Of a DNA stretch of 64,000 nucleotides, positions 19,077 through 26,641 are shown in pieces (positions within the stretch are counted from its first letter, which is position 1; each line of letters opens with the position of its first letter). Under the pieces are notes generated by a model. It searched no databases. It was given only the letters and a program-made list of their open reading frames with translations, and was not told where the DNA came from. Both the position numbers and the translations under genes were made by a program. Origin of the DNA: Acidimicrobiales bacterium (GTDB lineage Bacteria; Actinomycetota; Acidimicrobiia; Acidimicrobiales; Bog-793); the NCBI GenBank assembly GCA_052146895.1, contig JBKQLZ010000005.1, positions 6,282 to 70,281 on the forward strand, written 5' to 3'.

Positions 19077-20018
19077 ATGACCGTCATGGCTGATCTTCCT
19101 ACCTCCACCCTTGGCCGTACCGGCCTCGAGGTGACCAAGCTGGGTTACGGGGCAATGGAACTGCGAGGACCCGGTGGCCGCGGCATGGGCCGCAACATCG
19201 ACGACGAACAGGCCGGCGCAGTCCTCAACGCCGTTGTCGATGCCGGCATCAACTGGATCGACACGTCACCCGACTACGGCGTGTCCGAGGAGCTCATCGG
19301 TCGGCACCTCTCTGCCCGCCGGAGCGAGTTCTTCCTGGCATCGAAGTGCGCCTGTGCCGTGAGCCCAGACGGGTCGGCGACCGGCTTCGGGCAACACGAC
19401 TTCAGCCGGTCCAACGTGCGGGCTGGTGTCGAACAGAGCCTGCATCGCATGAAGATGGACCACCTCGACCTGGTGCAATTCCATGCCAGTCCCTCCCGGG
19501 AGACCCTGGAAGCGAATGACTCGGTGAATGAGCTGGTCGAACTCCAGAGAGAGGGAAAGATCCGCTTCATCGGGATGTCAGGAACGCTGCCCAACATCGA
19601 GGCTCAGATCAGCATGGGCGTCTTCGACGTGTTCCAGATCCCCTACTCCGCCGTCGAGCGCGAGCACGAGGAGATCATCACCCGGGCAGCCAAGGCAGGT
19701 GCCGGCACCGTGATCCGCGGCGGGGTCGCCCGCGGCATTCCGGTGGCGCCAGACGACGTCATTGATCGCCTCCCCGAGAACTTCCGCGACGTGTACCGGG
19801 TCCGTCGCGACCGCTTCGAGGAAGCCAAGCTCGGGGACTTGCTCGATGGCATGTCCCGCATGGAGTTCATGCTCCGCTTCACGATCTCTCATCCCGACAT
19901 GAACACGACCATCGTCGGCACCGCCAATCCAGAGCACCTGAAGGTCAACCTGGCCGCTGCAGCCAAAGGCCCCCTGCCCCGCGACCTCTACGAAGAGGCG
20001 AAGCGCCGCCTCACCTAA
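19077..20018 (+). CDS. aldo/keto reductase
   Basis: LGRTGLEVTKLGYGAMEL, IDTSPDYG, and LDLVQFH motifs. 313 aa. Confidence 0.9.
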   Translation: MTVMADLPTSTLGRTGLEVTKLGYGAMELRGPGGRGMGRNIDDEQAGAVLNAVVDAGINWIDTSPDYGVSEELIGRHLSARRSEFFLASKCACAVSPDGSATGFGQHDFSRSNVRAGVEQSLHRMKMDHLDLVQFHASPSRETLEANDSVNELVELQREGKIRFIGMSGTLPNIEAQISMGVFDVFQIPYSAVEREHEEIITRAAKAGAGTVIRGGVARGIPVAPDDVIDRLPENFRDVYRVRRDRFEEAKLGDLLDGMSRMEFMLRFTISHPDMNTTIVGTANPEHLKVNLAAAAKGPLPRDLYEEAKRRLT

Positions 20019-20191
20019 AACCCGAGGGCTGACCTAGCCTCGTATTGACGACCCCTCGCCCTCGCCCTCGCCTCACGACTCACGCTACCTTCGCTAGCTC
20101 GAAATGGCATGAGCGAGCCACGACGGAATTGATCCGGCACGACGCTGCCACGGCGGCTGTTGAAACCGAGCGGGCCCACAGAACGCTGGAT

Positions 20192-20527
20192 TCAGGGACT
20201 CTGAGATTCCTCAACCGTTAGCTCAGCTGCCGGATCCGCTTCGAGGCGCGCTTCAGGGATCGGAAGACCGCTGCGGATCGAGTATCCGAACGTCCCGTCC
20301 TCGAGTCGGCGTTCGGCGCGGTCCAACGCCTCCAACCGCTCACGCAGCCCGGCAGCGACGGCGTCATCACCTTCTTCGGCCGTGAGCCTTTCCGCTGGAT
20401 CCGTGAGATCTCCCGGGTCGTTCGCCGCCGCGCGATCCTCGTGCCCGGCCGAGAGCGTCTCGCTCAGCAGACCCTCGACACGCATCCGCTCCAACCTCAG
20501 CAGTTCTCTAGCCTGCGCTTGGTCCAT
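20192..20527 (-). CDS. DksA/TraR-like protein lacking the C4 zinc-finger cysteines
   Basis: 111-aa ORF from the internal ATG. Coiled-coil N-terminus and LEDGTFGYSIRSGLPIPEARLEADPAAELTVEE, where CxxC...CxxC normally sits. Confidence 0.65.
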   Translation of the reverse strand: MDQAQARELLRLERMRVEGLLSETLSAGHEDRAAANDPGDLTDPAERLTAEEGDDAVAAGLRERLEALDRAERRLEDGTFGYSIRSGLPIPEARLEADPAAELTVEESQSP

Positions 20528-20710
20528 GGGCCCTCCTCGTTGTCGGGACGGCACCAGCCTTAATCGTCCCGAGCTGGGGGTCAAGGCCTCGCCCGTGGCT
20601 GGGCCGCGCGCGAAAAGATCTTGCGCGCTAACGGGACCGGACCCATAATCTCGGAACCAATCGAGAGCGACCGTGACGATGGACCGCCGTGCGATGGAAA
20701 GGCCCCCGCT

Positions 20711-21201
20711 ATGAGTTCGGCTGCCGCAGGTGACACATCCCCGAGCGAACCCCTGCAGCCGGGTACTCCAGCCCCCGACTTCTCGCTGCCGGCCACGCCG
20801 GACCAGTTCGTGACTCTGGCGGAGCTGCATGGCCCGGTGGTCCTCGTGTTCTATCCAGCCGACTGGAGCCAGTCTGCGGCGACGAGCTCTCGATGTTCGA
20901 GGCAGCGCGCAACCTCTTTTCGCGCCGCGGCGCTCAGCTGCTCGGCATTTCCGTCGACGGGCCTTGGTGCCACGTCGCATTCAAAGCCGACCGCAAGCTC
21001 GAGTTCCCTCTCCTGGCGGACTTCCATCCGAAGGGCGAGGTCGCTCGCGCCTACGGTGTCTACCGACCACATGACGGCACCACCGAGCGGGCTCTCTTCG
21101 TGCTCGACGGCCAACACGACGTCGCCTGGAGCTACGTCTCTCCGATCGGCGTCAGCCCGGGGGTGGACGGCGCGCTCGCGGCGGTCGAGGCACTCCCATG
21201 A
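20711..21201 (+). pseudogene. peroxiredoxin (Bcp/AhpE-like), interrupted by a -1 frameshift
   Basis: Frame A reads ...PAPDFSLPA...VVLVFYPADWS. Frame B continues PVCGDELSMFEAARNLFSRRGAQLLGISVD. The junction at 20868-20871 has CC where CCC would restore PADWSPVC. Confidence 0.75.
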
Positions 21202-21737
21202 CCACCTCCGCACCCCGCCTCGCGGTGCCCGTCGGTCCGAAGGACCATGTGTCCGGGCCCGAAGACGCCACCATCACCCTCGTCGAGTACGGCGACTACG
21301 AGTGCCCGTACTGCGGGCAGGCGTTCCCTATAGTGAAAGAGCTCCAGCGGCTGTTTTCGGAGAGGTTGCGCTTCGTCTTTCGCAACATGCCGCTCGCCAA
21401 CGTCCATCCGCATGCTGAACTCGCCGCGGAGGCGGCGGAGGCTGTTGGGCTGCAGGGGAAGTTCTGGATGATGCACGACCTGCTCTACGAGAACCAGGGC
21501 GATCTCGAGGAGCGGTCGCTGCTTCGCTACGCCGAGCTGACTGGTGCAGACGCAGGCGAGGTGGCGGACGCTCTTGGTCGCCGCGTGACGCTCCCACGGG
21601 TGGAAGAAGACCTCGAGGGTGGCATCCGAAGCGGAGTGAACGGCACGCCAACGTTCTTCGTCAACGGAGCGCGCTACGACGCCTCATGGGCATTCGAGCC
21701 GTTCCGTGACCACCTTCAACGGCTGCCCGAGAAGTAG
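21198..21737 (+). CDS. DsbA-family thiol:disulfide oxidoreductase
   Basis: YGDYECPYCGQAF CxxC motif within a thioredoxin fold. ATGA overlap with the peroxiredoxin stop. Confidence 0.85.
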   Translation: MTTSAPRLAVPVGPKDHVSGPEDATITLVEYGDYECPYCGQAFPIVKELQRLFSERLRFVFRNMPLANVHPHAELAAEAAEAVGLQGKFWMMHDLLYENQGDLEERSLLRYAELTGADAGEVADALGRRVTLPRVEEDLEGGIRSGVNGTPTFFVNGARYDASWAFEPFRDHLQRLPEK

Positions 21738-21743
21738 CCGGCT

Positions 21744-22769
21744 GTGCAACTGCCAGAACGACAAGCGGTCCTTGCGCCGCTAACGGAGGCGGCGATCTTC
21801 CTTGTGCTGACAGTGCAAGCCGGTTCTGAGGAACCAGTTCGGGAGCTCCTGACAGATGTCTCCGGGCTGACGCGATCGGTCGGCTTTCGTATCCCCGATG
21901 GCGAGCTCACCTGTGTCGTCGGGCTCGGCTCCCTCCTCTGGGATCGCGTCTTCGGCGAGCCTCGACCCGCTTCCTTGCACGAGTTCAGAGAGCTGACCGG
22001 TCCGAGGCACACCGCGGTCGCCACACCTGGGGACTTGCTGTTCCACATCCGCGCTCATCGCTTCGACCTGTGTTTCGAGCTCGCCGAGCAACTGCTGCAT
22101 CGGCTTGAAGGACACGTGCGAGTAGTCGACGAGGTGCATGGATTCAAGTACTTCGAGGAGCGCGACCTTCTCGGGTTCGTGGACGGCACAGAGAACCCGA
22201 GAGCCGGGGCCGCCCTCGCCGCTGTTGCAATACAGGACGAAGATCCCTGGTTCGAAGGCGGCAGCTACGTCATAGTCCAGAAGTACCTCCACGACCTTGC
22301 CGCTTGGGACGCCCTGCCGGTGGAGCAGCAGGAGCTCGCCGTCGGCCGGTCGAAGCTGTCCGACATCGAGATGCCAGACGACCTCAAACCGACCAACTCT
22401 CACGTGGCACTCAACACCATCGTCGACGAGAACGGTGAGCAGCGTCAGATCGTGCGCGCAAACATGCCGTTCGGTCGGATCGGCGCACGCGAGTTCGGGA
22501 CCTACTTCATCGGGTATGCCCGCAGTCCGGACGTTATCGAGGAGATGTTGACGAACATGTTTCTCGGCAAGCCACCTGGCAACTACGACCGGATATTGGA
22601 CTTCTCGACGGCGGTAACGGGCAGCCTGTTCTTCGTGCCGACCGTCGACTTTCTTGACGATCCACCACCGCCGTCTACTGAGCCGGCAGACGCCACGGCA
22701 CCGAGAGTCGAGGTCGCAAGCGAGGACGGATCGCTTGGGATCGGCAGCTTGAAGGAGCCCCTGACATGA
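21744..22769 (+). CDS. Dyp-type peroxidase with C-terminal encapsulin-targeting peptide
   Basis: GFVDGTENP (GxxDG), NSHVALN proximal His region, and RANMPFG. The C-terminal tail is EDGSLGIGSLKEPLT. Confidence 0.9.
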   Translation: MQLPERQAVLAPLTEAAIFLVLTVQAGSEEPVRELLTDVSGLTRSVGFRIPDGELTCVVGLGSLLWDRVFGEPRPASLHEFRELTGPRHTAVATPGDLLFHIRAHRFDLCFELAEQLLHRLEGHVRVVDEVHGFKYFEERDLLGFVDGTENPRAGAALAAVAIQDEDPWFEGGSYVIVQKYLHDLAAWDALPVEQQELAVGRSKLSDIEMPDDLKPTNSHVALNTIVDENGEQRQIVRANMPFGRIGAREFGTYFIGYARSPDVIEEMLTNMFLGKPPGNYDRILDFSTAVTGSLFFVPTVDFLDDPPPPSTEPADATAPRVEVASEDGSLGIGSLKEPLT

Positions 22770-23185
22770 ACCACCTGCTCCGCCGGAACGCTCCTCTCAG
22801 CGACACGGTCTGGAAGATTCTCGATGACGAGGCCAGTGAACGCGCGACTCCCGCCCTCGCAGCGCGCAAGGTCGTCGACTTCTCCGGCCCACTTGGCTGG
22901 GAGCACTCTGGCGCACGACCCCGCTCGCGTCGCAGCTGATCGAGGGAGTGACAGGGCTTCAGCGACGCCTTCCCGCTCGTGGAGGTGCGTGCGGACTTCG
23001 CCCGCCAAATCGCGGTTGCAGAGAAGGTCGCCGTCTTTCACATCTCGGCGAGCGACGCGGCTGGTACCGCTTCAGCCACTGCTACGGGAGGGACGAAAGG
23101 GACCTTTGCCTCTGGTCAACCATCGACCGATAGGCCCAAGCTCGGTCGCAAGGCGAAGTGGACTAGAGGAGAACGCGATGGTTGA
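22766..23185 (+). pseudogene. family-1 encapsulin shell gene remnant (frameshifted, internally deleted, 3'-truncated)
   Basis: ATGA-coupled 57-codon ORF MNHLLRRNAPLSDTVWKILDDEASERATPALAARKVVDFSGPLGWEHSGA, with a stop at 22937-22939. Homology continues in the other two frames (PLASQLIEGVTGLQRR; FPLVEVRADFARQIAVAEKVAVFH) and ends by 23185. Confidence 0.7.
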
Positions 23186-23254
23186 GGTTCGACTCGCGCG
23201 GGGCGGGCAGGTCACACAAGCGGGCACGGACGGAGTGAGGCCGGGGCGCCAGCC

Positions 23255-25267
23255 ATGAGCGGGACGAGGCGCGGCCGTCGCTGGATGGGCGTCGCAGTGG
23301 CCTGCTTGATCGCCGGTCCTGTCTGCCTCGGGGGGATCCCGGTGGGGGCCCAGAAGGACCAGTCCCATTCGACAATTGCCCAGACATGGAGCATCCAGAA
23401 GCAATACCCCGCTTATCCTCTGCGGCTCGAGAACGCGACTGGCGTGTCATGCCCGACCGCCACCGAGTGCTGGGCCGTCGGACAGTCCGCATCCGGCGCC
23501 GGCGCCATTGCAGCTACTTCGAACGGCGGTGGGTTCTGGGCGCGCGAGTCCGTTACTAGCAGGGCCACCACCTTTAGCGCAGTGTCGTGTCCGACCACCA
23601 GCGACTGCTGGGCCGTGGGACAGACCACGTCTGGCCAGGGCGTCGTCGTGGCGACGACGGATGGCGGCGGGCTCTGGAAGACCCAGCGACTCCAGAGCGG
23701 GGTCGGCGACCTGAGCGGCGTGTCGTGTCCGACGAGCAAGGACTGCTGGGGCGTGGGGCAGTCGCCCTCGGACGAGGGCGTCGTCGTGGCGACGACGGAT
23801 GGCGGCCGGCTTTGGAAGACCCAGCCACTCCCGAGCGGGATCGGCGACCTGAGCGGCGTGTCGTGTCCGACGAGCAAGGACTGCTGGGGCGTGGGACAGT
23901 CGTCCTCGGGCGCCACAATCGTTGTAGCCATGACGACTGGTGGCACTTGGACCTACCAGTCCCTCCCGAGCGGGCTCGACTACCTCGGCGGCTTGTCCTG
24001 CCCGAGCAGCACCTACTGCTGGGCGGCGGGGAACGTGATCGGGGGCCCTGGAGCCATTGTCGTCACCAAGAACGGCGGCCGCACCTGGAGGACCCAGGCG
24101 CTGATGGCCGGAGTCGGCTACCTCGGCAGCGTCTCGTGCCCGACCAGATCCAACTGCTTCGCGGTCGGATACATGGCTTCCGGCCCTGGAGCCGTCGTGG
24201 CCACCACCGACGGAGGTCAAGTCTGGGGCTCCCCCCTCTTGAGCCCTATCAGGGTGCTTAATGCCGTGTCCTGTCCGACCACTACGCGATGCCTCGCGGT
24301 GGGACAGTCACCTGCGGGCGCCGGAGTGATCGTGGCAACTGTCAACGGCGGGCGCACGTGGAGGTTCCAGACCCTGCCGAGGACGGTCAGTAGCCTCAAC
24401 GCCGTCTCTTGCCCGACCAGCACGCACTGCTGGGCGGTGGGCCAACTTTCCTCGGGCGCCGGAGTCATCCTGGCCACCGTCAACGGCGGCCACACGTGGA
24501 ACCCGCAGACCCTTCCGAGGGGTGACCGTCACCGAGTGATCTTGGGCGTGTCCTGCGCGACAGGCACCGACTGCTGGGCGGTGGGCGTGTTGTGCACGAC
24601 TGGAAGCGGGTGCTTCACGCCTGGGGCGACCCTGGGCATCGCAGACGTCCTGGCCACTACCGACGGAGGCAGCACGTGGAGATCCCAGACGCTCCCGAGC
24701 GGAGTCGGTTACCTCAACGGAGTGTCGTGCCCGAACTCCATCGACTGCTTCGCGGGAGGACAGACCCTGACGGGCCAAGGAGCGATCGTGGACACCACCA
24801 ATGGTGGCCACACGTGGAGGTCCCGCTCCTTCGCCCTCCCGATCGGCCTCAACTTCCTCCTCGGCATGTCGTGCCCGAGCGCCAACAACTGCTGGGCGGC
24901 GGGGACTTACGCTGCGGGGGCTTACGATCTGCCGGTCGCAGCTGTCGTCGCCACCGCCAACGGTGGCCGCACCTGGAGGTCCCAACCACTCCCCCGCTCA
25001 CTGGACGTTTACAGCGAGCTCTTCGGACTGTCGTGCCCGACCACCAACGACTGCTGGACTGTGGGCTACCAGTTGGACCTCAAGTCACACGCGATGCTCG
25101 CGAGCGTCGTCGCGACCGACAACGGCGGCCACACCTGGAGATCGCAGGCTCTGCCGATTCAGGTCGGCTGGATCGGCGGAGTGTCGTGCCTGAACCGCAC
25201 CGAGTGCTGGGGAGTTGGCCTGACGACCGGCGATGTTCCATTGATCATGTCGACCGCGGGCAAGTGA
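23255..25267 (+). CDS. secreted 13-repeat Asp-box beta-propeller protein with one Cys pair per repeat
   Basis: Signal peptide (RRGRRWMGVAVACLIAG...), then 13 units of about 46 aa: xVSCPTxxxCWAVGQ...VVATTDGGxxWxxQxLP. Confidence 0.8.
   Translation: MSGTRRGRRWMGVAVACLIAGPVCLGGIPVGAQKDQSHSTIAQTWSIQKQYPAYPLRLENATGVSCPTATECWAVGQSASGAGAIAATSNGGGFWARESVTSRATTFSAVSCPTTSDCWAVGQTTSGQGVVVATTDGGGLWKTQRLQSGVGDLSGVSCPTSKDCWGVGQSPSDEGVVVATTDGGRLWKTQPLPSGIGDLSGVSCPTSKDCWGVGQSSSGATIVVAMTTGGTWTYQSLPSGLDYLGGLSCPSSTYCWAAGNVIGGPGAIVVTKNGGRTWRTQALMAGVGYLGSVSCPTRSNCFAVGYMASGPGAVVATTDGGQVWGSPLLSPIRVLNAVSCPTTTRCLAVGQSPAGAGVIVATVNGGRTWRFQTLPRTVSSLNAVSCPTSTHCWAVGQLSSGAGVILATVNGGHTWNPQTLPRGDRHRVILGVSCATGTDCWAVGVLCTTGSGCFTPGATLGIADVLATTDGGSTWRSQTLPSGVGYLNGVSCPNSIDCFAGGQTLTGQGAIVDTTNGGHTWRSRSFALPIGLNFLLGMSCPSANNCWAAGTYAAGAYDLPVAAVVATANGGRTWRSQPLPRSLDVYSELFGLSCPTTNDCWTVGYQLDLKSHAMLASVVATDNGGHTWRSQALPIQVGWIGGVSCLNRTECWGVGLTTGDVPLIMSTAGK
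23641..23916 (+). repeat. 2 x 138-bp near-identical in-frame tandem duplication inside the propeller gene
   Basis: Copy 1 (23641-23778) and copy 2 (23779-23916) share a 55-nt perfectly identical core (tcggcgacctgagcggcgtgtcgtgtccgacgagcaaggactgctggggcgtggg). About 90% identity overall by eye. Confidence 0.85.
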
Positions 25268-25329
25268 TGACTTTCGCCTCTGTTGGCAGAGGACGAAGTG
25301 CGGACAATGGCTGAGAAAGGGAGCGAGCG

Positions 25330-26604
25330 ATGAGTCGATTGAGCGTTCAAGTCACCCGGAGTGGAGCGATCGCAGCGCTCCTCGGTGCGCTCGCCCTCGC
25401 AGGGGCGGCTCCGACGGCCGCAGCTGGCGCCAGGCCAGGGAGCCGGACGGACAGCAGCGCCGCGACGCGGCCGCGGGTGAGCGCCGCGCCGGCTACGGCG
25501 GTCCCAAAGGGCTTCAGGGCCAACTCCATCACATGGATGTCGCCAGAACAGGGCTGGGTGCTCGGCAGCGCTCCCTGCAGCAAGGCAAAGTCACCCGACT
25601 CGGGTCCGCCGCCGGTGAAGTCATGTGCGTACGTCATCGGGACCACCAACGGAGCGAAGTCTTGGAGCCTGCTCAGCTCGATCAACGCGCCGATCGTCAC
25701 GATCGGCCAATCCGGCGAAAAGGGTGTCACCGAGATCCGCTTTGCCACCACCAAGATCGGCTGGGTCTTCGGACCCGAGCTGTTCCGCACCACCAACGGA
25801 GGGAAGTCCTGGACCTCGCTGAAAATCCCGGGAGGTGACAAGCAGGTGACGAGCCTGGCAGCCAACTCCAAGACTGCCTACGCCGTGGTCTCTCCCTGCC
25901 AGTGGGCGACGTCCGGCCCGTGCGGGCAACAGGCGTACAGCTTGTGGCGAACCGCCACGCTGACTGGCAGCGCGTGGAAGCAGATCTCTGTGAACTTGGC
26001 TCCCGCGGCAGGGATGTACAACTCGGGTGCCGACGTCGCCGTCTACGACAAGACCGTCTACGTCCTCAGCTCGACCACAAACAACTTCGGCACAGTAGTT
26101 CAAAGCAAGTTCTACGCCAGCACCGACGGCGTTCACTTCTCCGTCCCGCACGACCCGTGCGATGCCTCGAAGCTACTCTCCCTGTCCCAGGCGGTCCCGA
26201 CGTCGGCGACCGACGTCGCCCTCCTCTGTGAGGGCGAGTCCTCGATGGGAGAGACCTCCAGGTCCGTCTACCGGTCGACGAACGCGGGCAAGACCGATAT
26301 CTCCGCCGGCACGCCGTCCCCGTCGGGCGACTACGCCGAGCTGGCGGCGTCACCGTCGGGCAACCTGGCTGTGTCGTCGTCGTTCGGAGCCTCGTGGATT
26401 TTCATCAACGACACCCACAAGACGAAATGGACCACGGCGGTAGACGAGGGCGACGGTGGCCTCGGATGGAACGACATCGTGTACGTCACCAGCAAAGAGG
26501 CCTGGATCGTTCGCGCGCCAGCCGAGGACATATACGGGCTCGCCCCCGGTCAGGTCTTTGTCACCCACGACGCTGGAGGGCATTGGACGGTCGCCACGTT
26601 GTAA
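25330..26604 (+). CDS. secreted Asp-box/BNR-like repeat protein
   Basis: Signal peptide, then a Pro/Ser/Ala linker. Repeats include TTNGAKSWSL, TTNGGKSWTSL, and THDAGGHWT, with irregular Cys pairs. Confidence 0.7.
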   Translation: MSRLSVQVTRSGAIAALLGALALAGAAPTAAAGARPGSRTDSSAATRPRVSAAPATAVPKGFRANSITWMSPEQGWVLGSAPCSKAKSPDSGPPPVKSCAYVIGTTNGAKSWSLLSSINAPIVTIGQSGEKGVTEIRFATTKIGWVFGPELFRTTNGGKSWTSLKIPGGDKQVTSLAANSKTAYAVVSPCQWATSGPCGQQAYSLWRTATLTGSAWKQISVNLAPAAGMYNSGADVAVYDKTVYVLSSTTNNFGTVVQSKFYASTDGVHFSVPHDPCDASKLLSLSQAVPTSATDVALLCEGESSMGETSRSVYRSTNAGKTDISAGTPSPSGDYAELAASPSGNLAVSSSFGASWIFINDTHKTKWTTAVDEGDGGLGWNDIVYVTSKEAWIVRAPAEDIYGLAPGQVFVTHDAGGHWTVATL

Positions 26605-26641
26605 CCGTTCGTCTCTCAGTGGACCGAGAAGGAGGAAGATC

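Noticed and set aside
20019-20060. Hairpin CGAGGGCU-GACCU-AGCCUCG after the aldo/keto reductase as an intrinsic terminator.
   Set aside because: The stem is bulged and not followed by a U-tract, which is too weak to call.
20060-20085. Short tandem CCTCGC repeats (cctcgccctcgccctcgcctc) in the 20019-20191 intergenic region.
   Set aside because: Only about three short units of low complexity, with no spacer structure or associated genes. Not a CRISPR or a functional repeat I can support.
26456-26641. Upstream extension of the sedolisin ORF overlapping the preceding gene.
   Set aside because: The extension overlaps the 3' end of 25330-26604 and has no signal peptide. The ATG at 26642 has a GAAGGAGG Shine-Dalgarno and is followed by a proper signal sequence.
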